Shown here: positions 39,201-53,099 of the stretch, piece by piece
Layout of the letters: every line of letters begins with the position of its first letter
How positions within the stretch are numbered: the stretch's first letter is position 1
From: Azolla caroliniana
Lineage: Eukaryota; Plantae; Polypodiophyta
NCBI GenBank assembly: GCA_043228905.1
Contig: JBHGNT010000143.1
Span: forward strand, 3,451 to 67,450
DNA length: 64,000 nucleotides
Direction: 5' to 3'
Program-made: the position numbers and the translations under genes
Notes under the pieces: model-generated
Seen by the model: the letters and a program-made list of their open reading frames with translations, nothing else
What the model was told of the DNA's origin: nothing
Databases searched by the model: none

Positions 39201-41950
39201 TAGCTAGCGTTGTTTGCTTCGATTGGCATGATTGAACACAAAAATCCGATATCACACGAGCCCGGTATGAACATTTTAATTTACCTACTAGCTCTTCTCA
39301 ACTCCCTCCTCAAGTTTGCTATTTTCGTCATGTCTCTCGACCTGAGTTTCAAAATCTTGATTTTTTAATTCCATATCATAGGTAGCGTTGTTAGCTTCGA
39401 TTCGCATGTTTGAACACAAAAATCTGATATCACACGAGCTAGGTATGAACATTTTTATTTACCTACTAGCTCTTCTCAACTCAGTCCTCAAGTTTGCTAT
39501 TTTCGTCATGTCTCTCGATCTGAGTTTCAAAATCTTGATTTTTTAATTCCATATCATAGCTAGCGTTGCTAGCTTCGATTTGCATGATTGAACACAAACA
39601 TCCGATATCACACGAGCCCGGTATGAACATTTTAATTTACCTACTAGCTCTTCTCAACTCCCTCCTCAGGTTTGCTATTTTCGTCATGTCTCTCGACCTG
39701 AGTTTCAAAATCTTGTTTTTTTAATTCCATATCATAGGTAGCGTTGTTAGCTTCGATTTGCATGATTGAACACAGAAATCCGATATCACACGAGCCAGGT
39801 ATGAACATTTTAATTTACCTACTAGCTCTTCTCAACTCCCTCCTCAAGTTTGCTATTTTCGTCATGTCTCTCGACCTGAGTTTCAAAATCTTGATTTTTT
39901 AATTCCATATCATAGCTAGCGTTGCTAGCTTCGATTTGCATGGTTGAACACAAAAATCCGATATCACACGAGCCAGGTATGAACATTTTAATTTACCTAC
40001 TAGCTCTTCTCAACTCCCTCCTCAAGTTTGCTATTTTCGTCATGTCTCTCGACCTGAGTTTCAAAATCCTGATTTTTTAATTCCATATCATAGCTAGCGT
40101 TGCTAGCTTCGATTTGCATGGTTGAACACAAAAATCCGATATCACACGAGCCAGGTATGAACATTTTAATTTACCTACTAGCTCTTCTCAACTCCCTCCT
40201 CAAGTTTGCTATTTTCGTCATGTCTCTCGACCTGAGTTTCAAAATCCTGATTTTTTAATTCCATATCATAGCTAGCGTTGCTAGCTTCGATTTGCATGGT
40301 TGAACACAAAAATCCGATATCACACGAGCCAGGTATGAACATTTTAATTTACCTACTAGCTCTTCTCAACTCCCTCCTCAAGTTTGCTATTTTCGTCATG
40401 TCTCTCGACCTGAGTTTCAAAATCTTCTTTTTTTAATTCCATATCATAGCTAGCGTTGTTTGCTTCGATTTGCATGATTGAACACAAAAATCCGATATCA
40501 CACGAGCCAGGTATGAACATTTTAATTTACCTACTAGCTCTTCTCAACTCCCTCCTCAAGTTTGCTATTTTCGTCATGTCTCTCGACCTGAGTTTCAAAA
40601 TCTTGATTTTTTAATTCCATATCATAGCTAGCGTTGTTTGCTTCGATTTGCATGATTGAACACAAAAATCCGATATCACACGAGCCAGGTATGAACATTT
40701 TCATTTACCTACTAGCTCTTCTCAACTCCCTCCTCAAGTTTGCTATTTTCCTCATGTCTCTCGACCTGAGTTTCAAAATCTTGATTTTTTAATTCCATAT
40801 CATAGCTAGCGTTGCTAGCTTCGATTTGCATGATTGAACACAAAAATCCGATATCACACGAGCCAGGTATGAACATTTTAATTTACCTACTAGCTCTTCT
40901 CAACTCCCTCCTCAAGTTTGCTATTTTCGTCATGTCTCTCGACCTGAGTTTCAAAATCTTGATTTTTTAATTCCATATCATAGCTAGCGTTGTTTGCTTC
41001 GATTGGCATGATTGAACACAAAAATCCGATATCACACGAGCCCGGTATGAACATTTTAATTTACCTACTAGCTCTTCTCAACTACCTCCTCAAGTTTGCT
41101 ATTTTCGTCATGTCTCTCGACCTGAGTTTCAAAATCTTGATTTTTTAATTCCATATCATAGGTAGTGTCGCCAGCTTCGAATCGCATGTTTGAACACAAG
41201 AATCCGATATCACACGAGCCAGGTATGAACATTTTAATTTACTCAAGGGCTCCTCTCAACTCCCTCCTCAAGTTTGCTATTTTCGTCATGTCTCTCGACC
41301 TGAGTTTCAAAATCTTGATTTTTTAATTCCATATCATAGCTAGCGTTGTTAGCTTAGATTCGCATGTTTTAACACAAAAATCCGATATCACACGAGCCAG
41401 GTATGAACATTTTAATTTACTCAAGGGCTCCTCTCAACTCCTTCCTCAAGTTTGCTATTTTCGTCATGTCTCTCGACCTGAGTTTCAAAATCTTGATTTT
41501 TTAATTCCATATCATAGGTAGCGTTGTTAGCTTCGATTCGCATGTTTGAACACAGGTCGAGATGACACGAGCCAGGTATGAACATTTTAATTTACCTACT
41601 ACCTCTTCTCAACTCACTCCTCAAATTTGGTAATTTCGTCATGTCTCTCGACCTGAGTTTCAAATTCTTGATTTTTTAATTCCATATCATAGCTAGCGTT
41701 GTTAGCTTCGATTCGCATGTTTGACAACAAAACTCCGATATCACACGAGCCGCAGGTATGAACATTTTAATTTACTCAAGGGCGCCTCTCAACTCACTCC
41801 TCAAATTTGGTAATTTCGTCATGTCTCTCGACCTGAGTTTCAAAATCTTGATTTTTTAATTCCATATCATAGGTAGCGTTGTTAGCTTCGATTCGCATGT
41901 TTGAACACAAAAATCCGATATCACACGAGCCAGGTATGAACATTTTAATT
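36210..41950. repeat. Tandem duplication of 16 monomers (2 x 2847 bp = 16x178-1)
   Basis: CAGGTCGAGA occurs at 38706 and 41553. GAGCCGCAGG, GCTTAGATT, TTTTTATTTAC and ACAAACATCC also recur at +2847. Boundaries are approximate. Confidence 0.92.
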
Positions 41951-44900
41951 TACTCAAGGGCTCTTCTCAACTCCCTCCTCAAGTTTGCTATTGTGGTCAT
42001 GTCTCTGGACTTGACTTTAAAAAACTTCATTTTTTAATTCCATATCATAGGTAGCGTTGTTAGCTTCGATTCGCATGTTTGAACACAAAAATCTGATATC
42101 ACACGAGCCCGATATGAACATTTTAATTTACTCAAGGGCTCCTCCCAAATCACTCCTCAAATTTGGTAATTTCGTCACATCTCTCGACCTGAGTTTCAAA
42201 ATCTTGATTTTTTAATTCCATATCATAGCTAGCGTTGCTAGCTTCGATTTGCATGTTTGAACACAAAAATCCGATATCACACGGGCCAGGTATGAACATT
42301 TTAATTTACCCAAGGGCTCCTCTCAACTCCCTCCTCAAGTTTGCTATTTTCGTCATGTCTCTCGACCTGAGTTTCAAAATCTTGATTTTTTAATTCCATA
42401 TCATAGGAAGCGTTGTTAGCTTCAATTTGCATGTTTGAACACAAAAATCCGATATCACACGAGCCAGGTATGAACATTTTAATTTACTCAAGGGCTCTTC
42501 TCAACTCCCTCCTCAAGTTTGCTATTTTCATCATGTCTCTCGACCTGAGTTTCAAAATCTTGATTTTTTAATTCCATATCATAGGTAGCGTTGTTAGCTT
42601 CGATTGGCATGTTTGAACACAAAAATCCGATATCACACGAGCCAGGTATGAACATTTTAATTTACTCAAGGGCTCTTCTCAACTCCCTCCTCAAGTTTGC
42701 TATTTTCATCATGTCTCTCGACCTGAGTTTCAAAATCTTGATTTTTTAATTCCATATCATAGGTAGCATTGTTAGCTTCGATTTGCATGTTTGAACACAA
42801 AAATCCGATATCACACGAGCCCGATATGAACATTTTAATTTACTCAAGGGCTCCTCTCAACTCCCTCCTCAAGTTTGCTATTTTCGTCATGTCTCTCGAC
42901 CTGAGTTTCAAAATCTTGATTTTTTTATTCCATATCATAGGTAGCGTTGTTAGCTTTGATTCGCATGTTTGAACACAAATATCCGATATGACACGAGCCA
43001 GGTATGAACATTTTAATTTACCTACTACCTCTTCTCAACTCACTCCTCAAATTTGGTAATTTCGTCATGTCTCTCGACCTGAGTTTCAAATTCTTGATTT
43101 TTTAATTCCATATCATAGCTAGCGTTGTTAGCTTCGATTCGCATGTTTGACAACAAAACTCCGATATCACACGAGCCGCAGGTATGAACATTTTAATTTA
43201 CTCAAGGGCGCCTCTCAACTCACTCCTCAAATTTGGTAATTTCGTCATGTCTCTCGACATGAGTTTCAAAATGTTGATTTTTTAATTCCATATCATAGCT
43301 AGCGTTGTTAGCTTCGATTCCCATGTTTGAACACAAAAATCGGATATCACACGAGCCAGGTATGAACATTTTAATTGACCTACTAGCTCTTCTCAACTCC
43401 TTCCTCAAGTTTGCTATTTTCGTCATGTCTCTCGACATGAGTTTCAAAATGTTGATTTTTTAATTCCATATCATAGCTAGCGTTGTTAGCTTCGATTCCC
43501 ATGTTCGAACACAAAAATCGGATATCACACGAGCCAGCTATGAACATTTTAATTGACCTACTAGCTCTTCTCAACTCCTTCCTCAAGTTTGCTATTTTCG
43601 TCATGTCTCTCGACCTGAGTTTCAAAATCTTGATTTTTTAATTCCATATCATAGGTAGCGTTGTTAGCTTCGATTCGCATGTTTGAACACAAAAATCCGA
43701 TATGACACGAGCCAGGTATGAACATTTTAATTTACCTACTACCTCTTCTCAACTCACTCCTCAAATTTGGTAATTTCGTCATGTCTCTCGACCTGAGTTT
43801 AAAAATCTTGTTTTTTTAATTCCATATCATAGGTAGCGTTGTTAGCTTCGATTTGCATGTTTGAACACAAAAATCCGATATCACACGAGCCCGATATGAA
43901 CATTTTAATTTACTCAAGGGCTCCTCTCAAATCACTCCTCAAATTTGGTAATTTCGTCACATCTCTCGACATGAGTTTCAAAATGTTGATTTTTTAATTC
44001 CATATCATAGCTAGCGTTGTTAGCTTCGATTCCCATGTTTGAACACAAAAATCGGATATCACACGAGCCAGCTATGAACAGTTTAATTGACCTACTAGCT
44101 CTTCTCAACTCCTTCCTCAAGTTTGCTATTTTCGTCATGTCTCTCGAGCTGAGTTTCAAAATCTTGATTTTTTAATTCCATATCATAGGTAGCGTTGTTA
44201 GCTTCGATTTGCATGTTTGAACACAAAAAGCCGATATCACACGAGCCAGGTATGAACATTTTAATTTACCTACTACCTCTTCTCAACTCACTCCTCAAAT
44301 TTGGTAATTTCGTCATGTCTCTCGACCTGAGTTTCAAAATCTTGATTTTTTAATTCCATCTCATATCTAGCGTTGTTAGCTTCGATTTGCATGTTTGAAC
44401 ACAAAAATCCGATATCACAAGAGCCAGGTATGAACATTTTAATTTACTCAAGGGCTCCTCTCAACTCCCTCCTCAAGTTTGCTATTTTCGTCATGTCTCC
44501 TGACCTGAGTTTCAAAATCTTGATTTTTTAATTCCATATCATAGGTAGCGTTGTTAGCTTCGATTCGCATGTTTGAACACAAAAATCCGATATGACACGA
44601 GCCAGGTATGAACATTTTAATTTACTCAAGGGCTCCTCTCAACTCCTTCCTCAAGTTTGCTATTTTCGTCATGTCTCTCGACCTGAGTTTCAAAATCTTG
44701 ATTTTTTAATTCCATATCATAGGTAGCGTTGTTAGCTTCGATTCGCATGTTTGAACACAAAAATCCGATATCACACGAGCCCGATATGAACATTTTAATT
44801 TACTCAAGGGCTCCTCTCAAATCACTCCTCAAATTTGGTAATTTCGTCACATCTCTCGACCTGAGTTTCAAAATCTTGATTTTTTAATTCCATCTTATAG

Positions 44901-45925
44901 CTAGCGTTGTTAGCTTCGATTTGCATGTTTGAACACAAAAATCCGATATCACAGGAGCCAGGTATGAACATTTTAATTTACTCAAGGGCTCCTCTCAACT
45001 CACTCCTCAAATTAGGTAATTTCGTCATGTCTCTGGACTTGAGTTTTAAAATCTTGATTTTTTAATTCCATCTCATAGCTAGCGTTGTTAGCTTCGATTT
45101 GCATGTTTGAACACAAAAATCCGATATCACACGAGCCCGATATGAACATTTTAATTTACTCAACGGCTCCTCTCAAATCACTCCTCAAATTTGGTAATTT
45201 CGTCATGTCTCTCGACCAGAGTTTCAAATTCTTGATTTTTTAATTCCATATCATAGGTAGCGTTGTTAGCTTCGATTCGCATGTTTGACAACAAAAATCC
45301 GATATCACACGAGCCAGGTATGAACATTTTAATTTACTCAAGGGCTCCTCTCAACTCCTTCCGCAAGTTTGCTATTTTCGTCATGTCTCTCGACCTGAGT
45401 TTCAAAATCTTGATTTTTTAATTCCATATCATAGGTAGCGTTGTTAGCTTCGATTCGCATGTTTGAACACAAAAATCCGATATCACACGAGCTAGGTATG
45501 AACATTTTAATTTACTCAAGGGCTCCTCTCAACTCCGTCCTCAAGTTTGCTATTTTCGTCATGTCTCTCGACCTGAGTTTCAAAATCTTGATTTTTTAAT
45601 TCCATATCATAGGTAGCGTTGTTAGCTTCGATTCGCATGTTTGAACACAAAAATCCGATATCACACGAGCCCGATATGAACATTTTAATTTACTCAAGGG
45701 ATCCTCTCAAATCACTCCTCAAATTTGGTAATTTCGTCACATCTCTCGACATGAGTTTCAAAATGTTGATTTTTTAATTCCATATCATAGCTAGCGTTGT
45801 TAGCTTCGATTCCCATGTTTGAACACAAAAATCGGATATCACACGAGCCAGGTATGAACATTTTAATTGACCTACTAGCTCTTCTCAACTCCTTCCTCAA
45901 GTTTGCTATTTTCGTCATGTCTCTC

Positions 45926-46041
45926 GACCCATGTTTGAACACAAAAATCCGATATCACACGAGCCAGGTATGAACATTTTAATTTACTCAAGGGCTCTTC
46001 TCAACTGCCTCCTCAAGTTTGCTATTTTCATCATGTCTCTC
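45926..46041 (+). repeat. Truncated 116-bp monomer (62-bp deletion)
   Basis: The junction TCTCGACC|CATGTTTGAAC omits the bases equivalent to window positions 6-67. Confidence 0.93.
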
Positions 46042-47286
46042 GACCTGAGTTTCAAAATCTTGATTTTTTAATTCCATCTCATAGCTAGCGTTGTTAGCTT
46101 CGATTTGCATGTTTGAACACAAAAATCCATATCACACGAGCCAGGTATGAACATTTTAATTTACTCAAGGGCTCCTCTCAACTCCCTCCTCAAGTTTGCT
46201 ATTTTCGTCATGTCTCTCGACCTGAGTTTCAAAATCTTGATTTTTTAATTCCATATCATAGGTAGCGTTGTTAGCTTCGATTCGCATGTTTGAACACAAA
46301 AATCCGATATCACACGAGCCCGATATGAACATTTTAATTTACTCAAGGGCTCCTCTCAAATCACTCCTCAAATTTGGTAATTTCGTCACATCTCTCGACA
46401 TGAGTTTCAAAATGTTGATTTTTTAATTCCATATCATAGCTAGCGTTGTTAGCTTCGATTCCCATGTTTGAACACAAAAATCGGATATGACACGAGGCAG
46501 GTATGAACATTTTAATTGACCTACTAGCTCTTCTCAACTCCTTCCTCAAGTTTGCTATTTTCGTCATGTCTCTCGAGCTGAGTTTCAAAATCTTGATTTT
46601 TTAATTCCATATCATAGGTAGCGTTGTTAGCTTCGATTTGCATGTTTGAACACAAAAATCCGATATCACACGAGCCAGGTATGAACATTTTAATTTACCT
46701 ACTACCTCTTCTCAACTCACTCCTCAAATTTGGTAATTTCGTCATGTCTCTCGACCTGAGTTTCAAAATCTTGATTTTTTAATTCCATCTCATAGCTAGC
46801 GTTGTTAGCTTCGATTCGCATGTTTGAACACAAAAATCCGATATCACACGAGCTAGGTATGAACATTTTAATTTACTCAAGGGCTCCTCTCAACTCCCTC
46901 CTCAAGTTTGCTATTTTCGTCATGTCTCTCGACCTGAGTTTGAAAATCTTGATTTTTTAATTCCATATCATAGGTAGCGTTGTTAGCTTCGATTCGCATG
47001 TTTGAACACAAAAATCCGATATCACACGAGCCCGATATGAACATTTTAATTTACTCAAGGGATCCTCTCAAATCACTCCTCAAATTTGGTAATTTCGTCA
47101 CATCTCTCGACATGAGTTTCAAAATCTTGATTTTTTTATTCCATATCATAGCTAGCGTTGTTAGCTTCGATTCCCATGTTTGAACACAAAAATCGGATAT
47201 CACACGAGCCAGTTATGAACATTTTAATTGACCTACTAGCTCTTCTCAACTCCTTCCTCAAGTTTGCTATTTTCGTCATGTCTCTC

Positions 47287-47402
47287 GACCCATGTTTGAA
47301 CACAAAAATCCGATATCACACGAGCCAGGTATGAACATTTTAATTTACTCAAGGGCTCTTCTCAACTGCCTCCTCAAGTTTGCTATTTTCATCATGTCTC
47401 TC
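47287..47402 (+). repeat. Second truncated 116-bp monomer (same 62-bp deletion)
   Basis: Identical junction 1361 bp downstream (8x178-63). Confidence 0.93.
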
Positions 47403-50400
47403 GACCTGAGTTTCAAAATCTTGATTTTTTAATTCCATATCATAGGTAGCGTTGTTAGCTTCGATTTGCATGTTTGAACACAAAAATCCATATCACACGA
47501 GCCAGGTATGAACATTTTAATTTACTCAAGGGCTCCTCTCAACTCCCTCCTCAAGTTTGCTATTTTCGTCATGTCTCTCGACCTGAGTTTCAAAATCTTG
47601 ATTTTTTAATTCCATATCATAGGTAGCGTTGTTAGCTTCGATTCGCATGTTTGAACACAAAAATCCGATATCACACGAGCCCGATATGAACATTTTAATT
47701 TACTCAAGGGCTCCTCTCAAATCACTCCTCAAATTTGGTAATTTCGTCACATCTCTCGACCTGAGTTTCAAAATCTTGATTTTTTAATTCCATCTTATAG
47801 CTAGCGTTGTTAGCTTCGATTTGCATGTTTGAACACAAAAATCCGATATCACAGGAGCCAGGTATGAACATTTTAATTTACTCAAGGGCTCCTCTCAACT
47901 CCCTCCTCAAGTTTGCTATTTTCGTCATGTCTCCTGACCTGAGTTGCAAAATCTTGATTTTTTTATTCCATATCATAGGTAGCGTTGTTAGCTTTGATTC
48001 GCATGTTTGAACACAAATATCCGATATGACACGAGCCAGGTATGAACATTTTAATTTACCTACTACCTCTTCTCAACTCACTCCTCAAATTTGGTAATTT
48101 CGTCATGTCTCTCGACCTGAGTTTCAAATTCTTGATTTTTTAATTCCATATCATAGCTAGCGTTGTTAGCTTCGATTCGCATGTTTGACAACAAAACTCC
48201 GATATCACACGAGCCGCAGGTATGAACATTTTAATTTACTCAAGGGCGCCTCTCAACTCACTCCTCAAATTTGGTAATTTCGTCATGTCTCTCGACATGA
48301 GTTTCAAAATGTTGATTTTTTAATTCCATATCATAGGTAGCGTTGTTAGCTTCGATTCGCATGTTTGAACACAAAAATCCGATATCACACGAGCTAGGTA
48401 TGAACATTTTAATTTACTCAAGGGCTCCTCTCAACTCCGTCCTCAAGTTTGCTATTTTCGTCATGTCTCTCGACCTGAGTTTCAAAATCTTGATTTTTTA
48501 ATTCCATATCATAGGTAGCGTTGTTAGCTTCGATTCGCATGTTTGAACACAAAAATCCGATATCACACGAGCCCGATATGAACATTTTAATTTACTCAAG
48601 GGATCCTCTCAAATCACTCCTCAAATTTGGTAATTTCGTCACATCTCTCGACATGAGTTTCAAAATGTTGATTTTTTAATTCCATATCATAGCTAGCGTT
48701 ATTAGCTTCGATTCCCATGTTTGAACACAAAAATCGGATATGACACGAGGCAGGTATGAACATTTTAATTGACCTACTAGCTCTTCTCAACTCCTTCCTC
48801 AAGTTTGCTATTTTCGTCATGTCTCTCGAGCTGAGTTTCAAAATCTTGATTTTTTAATTCCATATCATAGGTAGCGTTGTTAGCTTCGATTTGCATGTTT
48901 GAACACAAAAATCCGATATCACACGAGCCAGGTATGAACATTTTAATTTACCTACTACCTCTTCTCAACTCACTCCTCAAATTTGGTAATTTCGTCATGT
49001 CTCTCGACCTGAGTTTCAAAATCTTGATTTTTTAATTCCATCTCATAGCTAGCGTTGTTAGCTTCGATTTGCATGTTTGAACACAAAAATCCGATATCAC
49101 ACGAGCCAGGTATGAACATTTTAATTTACTCAAGGGCTCCTCTCAACTCCCTCCTCAAGTTTGCTATTTTTGTCATGTCTCCTGACTTGAGTTTCAAAAT
49201 CTTGATTTTTTAATTCCATATCATAGGTAGCGTTGTTAGCTTCGATTCGCATGTTTGAACACAAAAATCCGATATCACACGAGCCAGGTATGAACATTTT
49301 AATTTACTCAAGGGCTCTTCTCAACTCCCTCCTCAAGTTTGCTATTTTCATCATGTCTCTCGACCTGAGTTTCAAAATCTTGATTTTTTAATTCCATATC
49401 ATAGGTAGCGTTGTTAGCTTCGATTTGCATGTTTGAACACAAAAATCCGATATCACACGAGCCAGGTATGAACATTTTAATTTACCTACTACCTCTTCTC
49501 AACTCACTCCTCAAATTTGGTAATTTCGTCATGTCTCTCGACCTGAGTTTCAAAATCTTGATTTTTTAATTCCATCTCATAGCTAGCGTTGTTAGCTTCG
49601 ATTTGCATGTTTGAACACAAAAATCCGATATCACACGAGCCAGGTATGAACATTTTAATTTACTCAAGGGCTCCTCTCAACTCCCTCCTCAAGTTTGCTA
49701 TTTTTGTCATGTCTCCTGACTTGAGTTTCAAAATCTTGATTTTTTAATTCCATATCATAGGTAGCGTTGTTAGCTTCGATTCGCATGTTTGAACACAAAA
49801 ATCCGATATCACACGAGCCAGGTATGAACATTTTAATTTACTCAAGGGCTCTTCTCAACTCCCTCCTCAAGTTTGCTATTTTCATCATGTCTCTCGACCT
49901 GAGTTTCAAAATCTTGATTTTTTAATTCCATATCATAGGTAGCGTTGTTAGCTTCGATTTGCATGTTTGAACACAAAAATCCGATATCACACGAGCCCGA
50001 TATGAACATTTTAATTTACTCAAGGGCTCCTCTCAAATCACTCCTCAAATTTGGTAATTTCGTCATGTCTCTCGACCTGAGTTTCAAATTCTTGATTTTT
50101 TAATTCCATATCATAGCTAGCGTTGTTAGCTTCGATTCGCAGGTTTGACAACAAAAATCCGATATCACACGAGCCCGATATGAACATTTTAATTTACTCA
50201 TGGGCTCCTCTCAACTCCTTCCTCAAGTTTGCTATTTTCGTCATGTCTCTCGACCTGAGTTTCAAAATCTTGATTTTTTAATTCCATATCATAGGTAGCA
50301 TTGTTAGCTTCGATTCGCATGTTTGAACACAAAAATCCGATATCACACGAGCTAGGTATGAACATTTTAATTTACTCAAGGGCTCCTCTCAACTCCCTCC

Positions 50401-53099
50401 TCAAGTTTGCTATTTTCGTCATGTCTCTCGACCTGAGTTTCAAAATCTTGATTTTTTAATTCCATATCATAGGTAGCGTTGTTAGCTTCGATTCGCATGT
50501 TTGAACACAAAAATCCGATATCACACGAGCTAGGTATGAACATTTTAATTTACTCAAGGGCTCCTCTCAACTCCCTCCTCAAGTTTGCTATTTTCGTCAT
50601 GTCTCTCGACCTGAGTTTCAAAATCTTGATTTTTTAATTCCATATCATAGGTAGCGTTGTTAGCTTCGATTCGCATGTTTGAACACAAAAATCCGATATC
50701 ACACGAGCCAGGTATGAACATTTTAATTTACTCAAGGGCTCCTCTCAACTCCCTCCTCAAGTTTGCTATTTTCGTCATGTCTCTCGACCTGAGTTTCAAA
50801 ATCTTGATTTTTTAATTCCATATCATAGGTAGCGTTGTTAGCTTCGATTTGCATGTTTGAACACAAAAATCGGATATCACACGAGCCAGGTATGAACATT
50901 TTAATTGACCTACTAGCTCTTCTCAACTCCTTCCTCAAGTTTGCTATTTTCGTCATGTCTCTCGAGCTGAGTTTCAAAATCTTGATTTTTTAATTCCATA
51001 TCATAGGTAGCGTTGTTAGCTTCGATTTGCATGTTTGAACACAAAAATCCGATATCACACGAGCCAGGTATGAACATTTTAATTTACCTACTACCTCTTC
51101 TCAACTCACTCCTCAAATTTGGTAATTTCGTCATGTCTCTCGACCTGAGTTTCAAAATCTTGATTTTTTAATTCCATCTCATAGCTAGCGTTGTTAGCTT
51201 CGATTTGCATGTTTGAACACAAAAATCCGATATCACACGAGCCAGGTATGAACATTTTAATTTACTCAAGGGCTCCTCTCAACTCCCTCCTCAAGTTTGC
51301 TATTTTCGTCATGTCTCCTGACCTGAGTTTCAAAATCTTGATTTTTTAATTCCATCTCATAGCTAGCGTTGTTAGCTTCGATTTGCATGTTTGAACACAA
51401 AAATCCGATATCACACGAGCCCGATATGAACATTTTAATTTACTCAAGGGCTCCTCTCAAATCACTCCTCAAATTTGGTAATTTCGTCATGTCTCTCGAC
51501 CTGAGTTTCAAATTCTTGATTTTTTAATTCCATATCATAGGTAGCGTTGTTAGCTTCGATTCGCATGTTTGACAACAAAAATCCGATATCACACGAGCCA
51601 GGTATGAACATTTTAATTTACTCAAGGGCTCCTCTCAACTCCTTCCTCAAGTTTGCTATTTTCGTCATGTCTCTCGACCTGAGTTTCAAAATCTTGATTT
51701 TTTAATTCCATATCATAGGTAGCGTTGTTAGCTTCGATTTGCATGTTTGAACACAAAAATCCGATATCACACGAGCCAGGTATGAACCTTTTAATTTACC
51801 TACTACCTCTTCTCAACTCACTCCTCAAATTTGGTAATTTCGTCATGTCTCTCGACCTGAGTTTCAAAATCTTGATTTTTTAATTCCATCTCATAGCTAG
51901 CGTTGTTAGCTTCGATTTGCATGTTTGAACACAAAAATCCGATATCACACGAGCCAGGTATGAACATTTTAATTTACCTACTACCTCTTCTCAACTCACT
52001 CCTCAAATTTGGTAATTTCTTGATGTCTCTCGACCTGAGTTTCAAAATCTTGATTTTTTAATTCCATATCATAGGTAGCGTTGTTAGCTTCGATTCGCAT
52101 GTTTGACAACAAAAATCCGATATCACACGAGCCAGGTATGAACATTTTAATTTACTCAAGGGCTCCTCTCAACTCCTTCCTCAAGTTTGCTATTTTCGTC
52201 ATGTCTCTCGACCTGAGTTTCAAAATCTTGATTTTTTAATTCCATATCATAGGTAGCATTGTTAGCTTCGATTCGCATGTTTGAACACAAAAATCCGATA
52301 TCACACGAGCTAGGTATGAACATTTTAATTTACTCAAGGGCTCCTCTCAACTCCCTCCTCAAGTTTGCTATTTTCGTCATGTCTCTCGACCTGAGTTTCA
52401 AAATCTTGATTTTTTAATTCCATATCATAGGTAGCGTTGTTAGCTTCGATTCGCATGTTTGAACACAAAAATCCGATATCACCAGAGCTAGGTATGAACA
52501 TTTTAATTTACTCAAGGGCTCCTCTCAACTCCCTCCTCAAGTTTGCTATTTTCGTCATGTCTCTCGACCTGAGTTTCAAAATCTTGATTTTTTAATTCCA
52601 TATCATAGGTAGCGTAGTTAGCTTCGATTCGCATGTTTGAACACAAAAATCCGATATCACACGAGCCCGATATGAACATTTTAATTTACTCAAGGGCTCC
52701 TCTCAAATCACTCCTCAAATTTGGTAATTTCGTCATGTCTCTCGACCTGAGTTTCAAAATCTTGATTTTTTAATTCCATATCATAGGTAGCGTTGTTAGC
52801 TTCGATTCCCATGTTTGAACACAAAAATCGGATATGACACGAGCCAGGTATGAACATTTTAATTGACCTACTAGCTCTTCTCAACTCCTTCCTCAAGTTT
52901 GCTATTTTCGTCATGTCTCTCGAGCTGAGTTTCAAAATCTTGATTTTTTAATTCCATATCATAGGTAGCGTTGTTAGCTTCGATTTGCATGTTTGAACAC
53001 AAAAATCCGATATCACACGAGCCAGGTATGAACATTTTAATTTACCTACTACCTCTTCTCAACTCACTCCTCAAATTTGGTAATTTTGTCATGTCTCTC

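Larger units (their letters stand above)
1..41900. repeat. Left sub-array: mostly TTTAC-CTACTA-GCTCTTC monomers with GCTAG and ATGATT/ATGGTT alleles
   Basis: These alleles dominate up to ~41.1 kb; I saw no ATGATT or ATGGTT allele beyond that point. Confidence 0.9.

Noticed and set aside
26751-48010. Seven 67-aa plus-strand ORFs (MLASI...FDSHV)
   Set aside because: They start at TTG, lie wholly in satellite and exist only where a SNP removes the TAA in TTTTTTAATT. They span just over one monomer and show no recognisable domain. Their recurrence reflects the duplications.
28787-52935. Ten 75-81-aa minus-strand ORFs (mostly MKL.SRDMTKIANLR...)
   Set aside because: Chance read-through where TTTAC is mutated (TTGAC, TTTGT), removing a stop. 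178 is not a multiple of 3, so the frame shifts each unit and ends in the next monomer.
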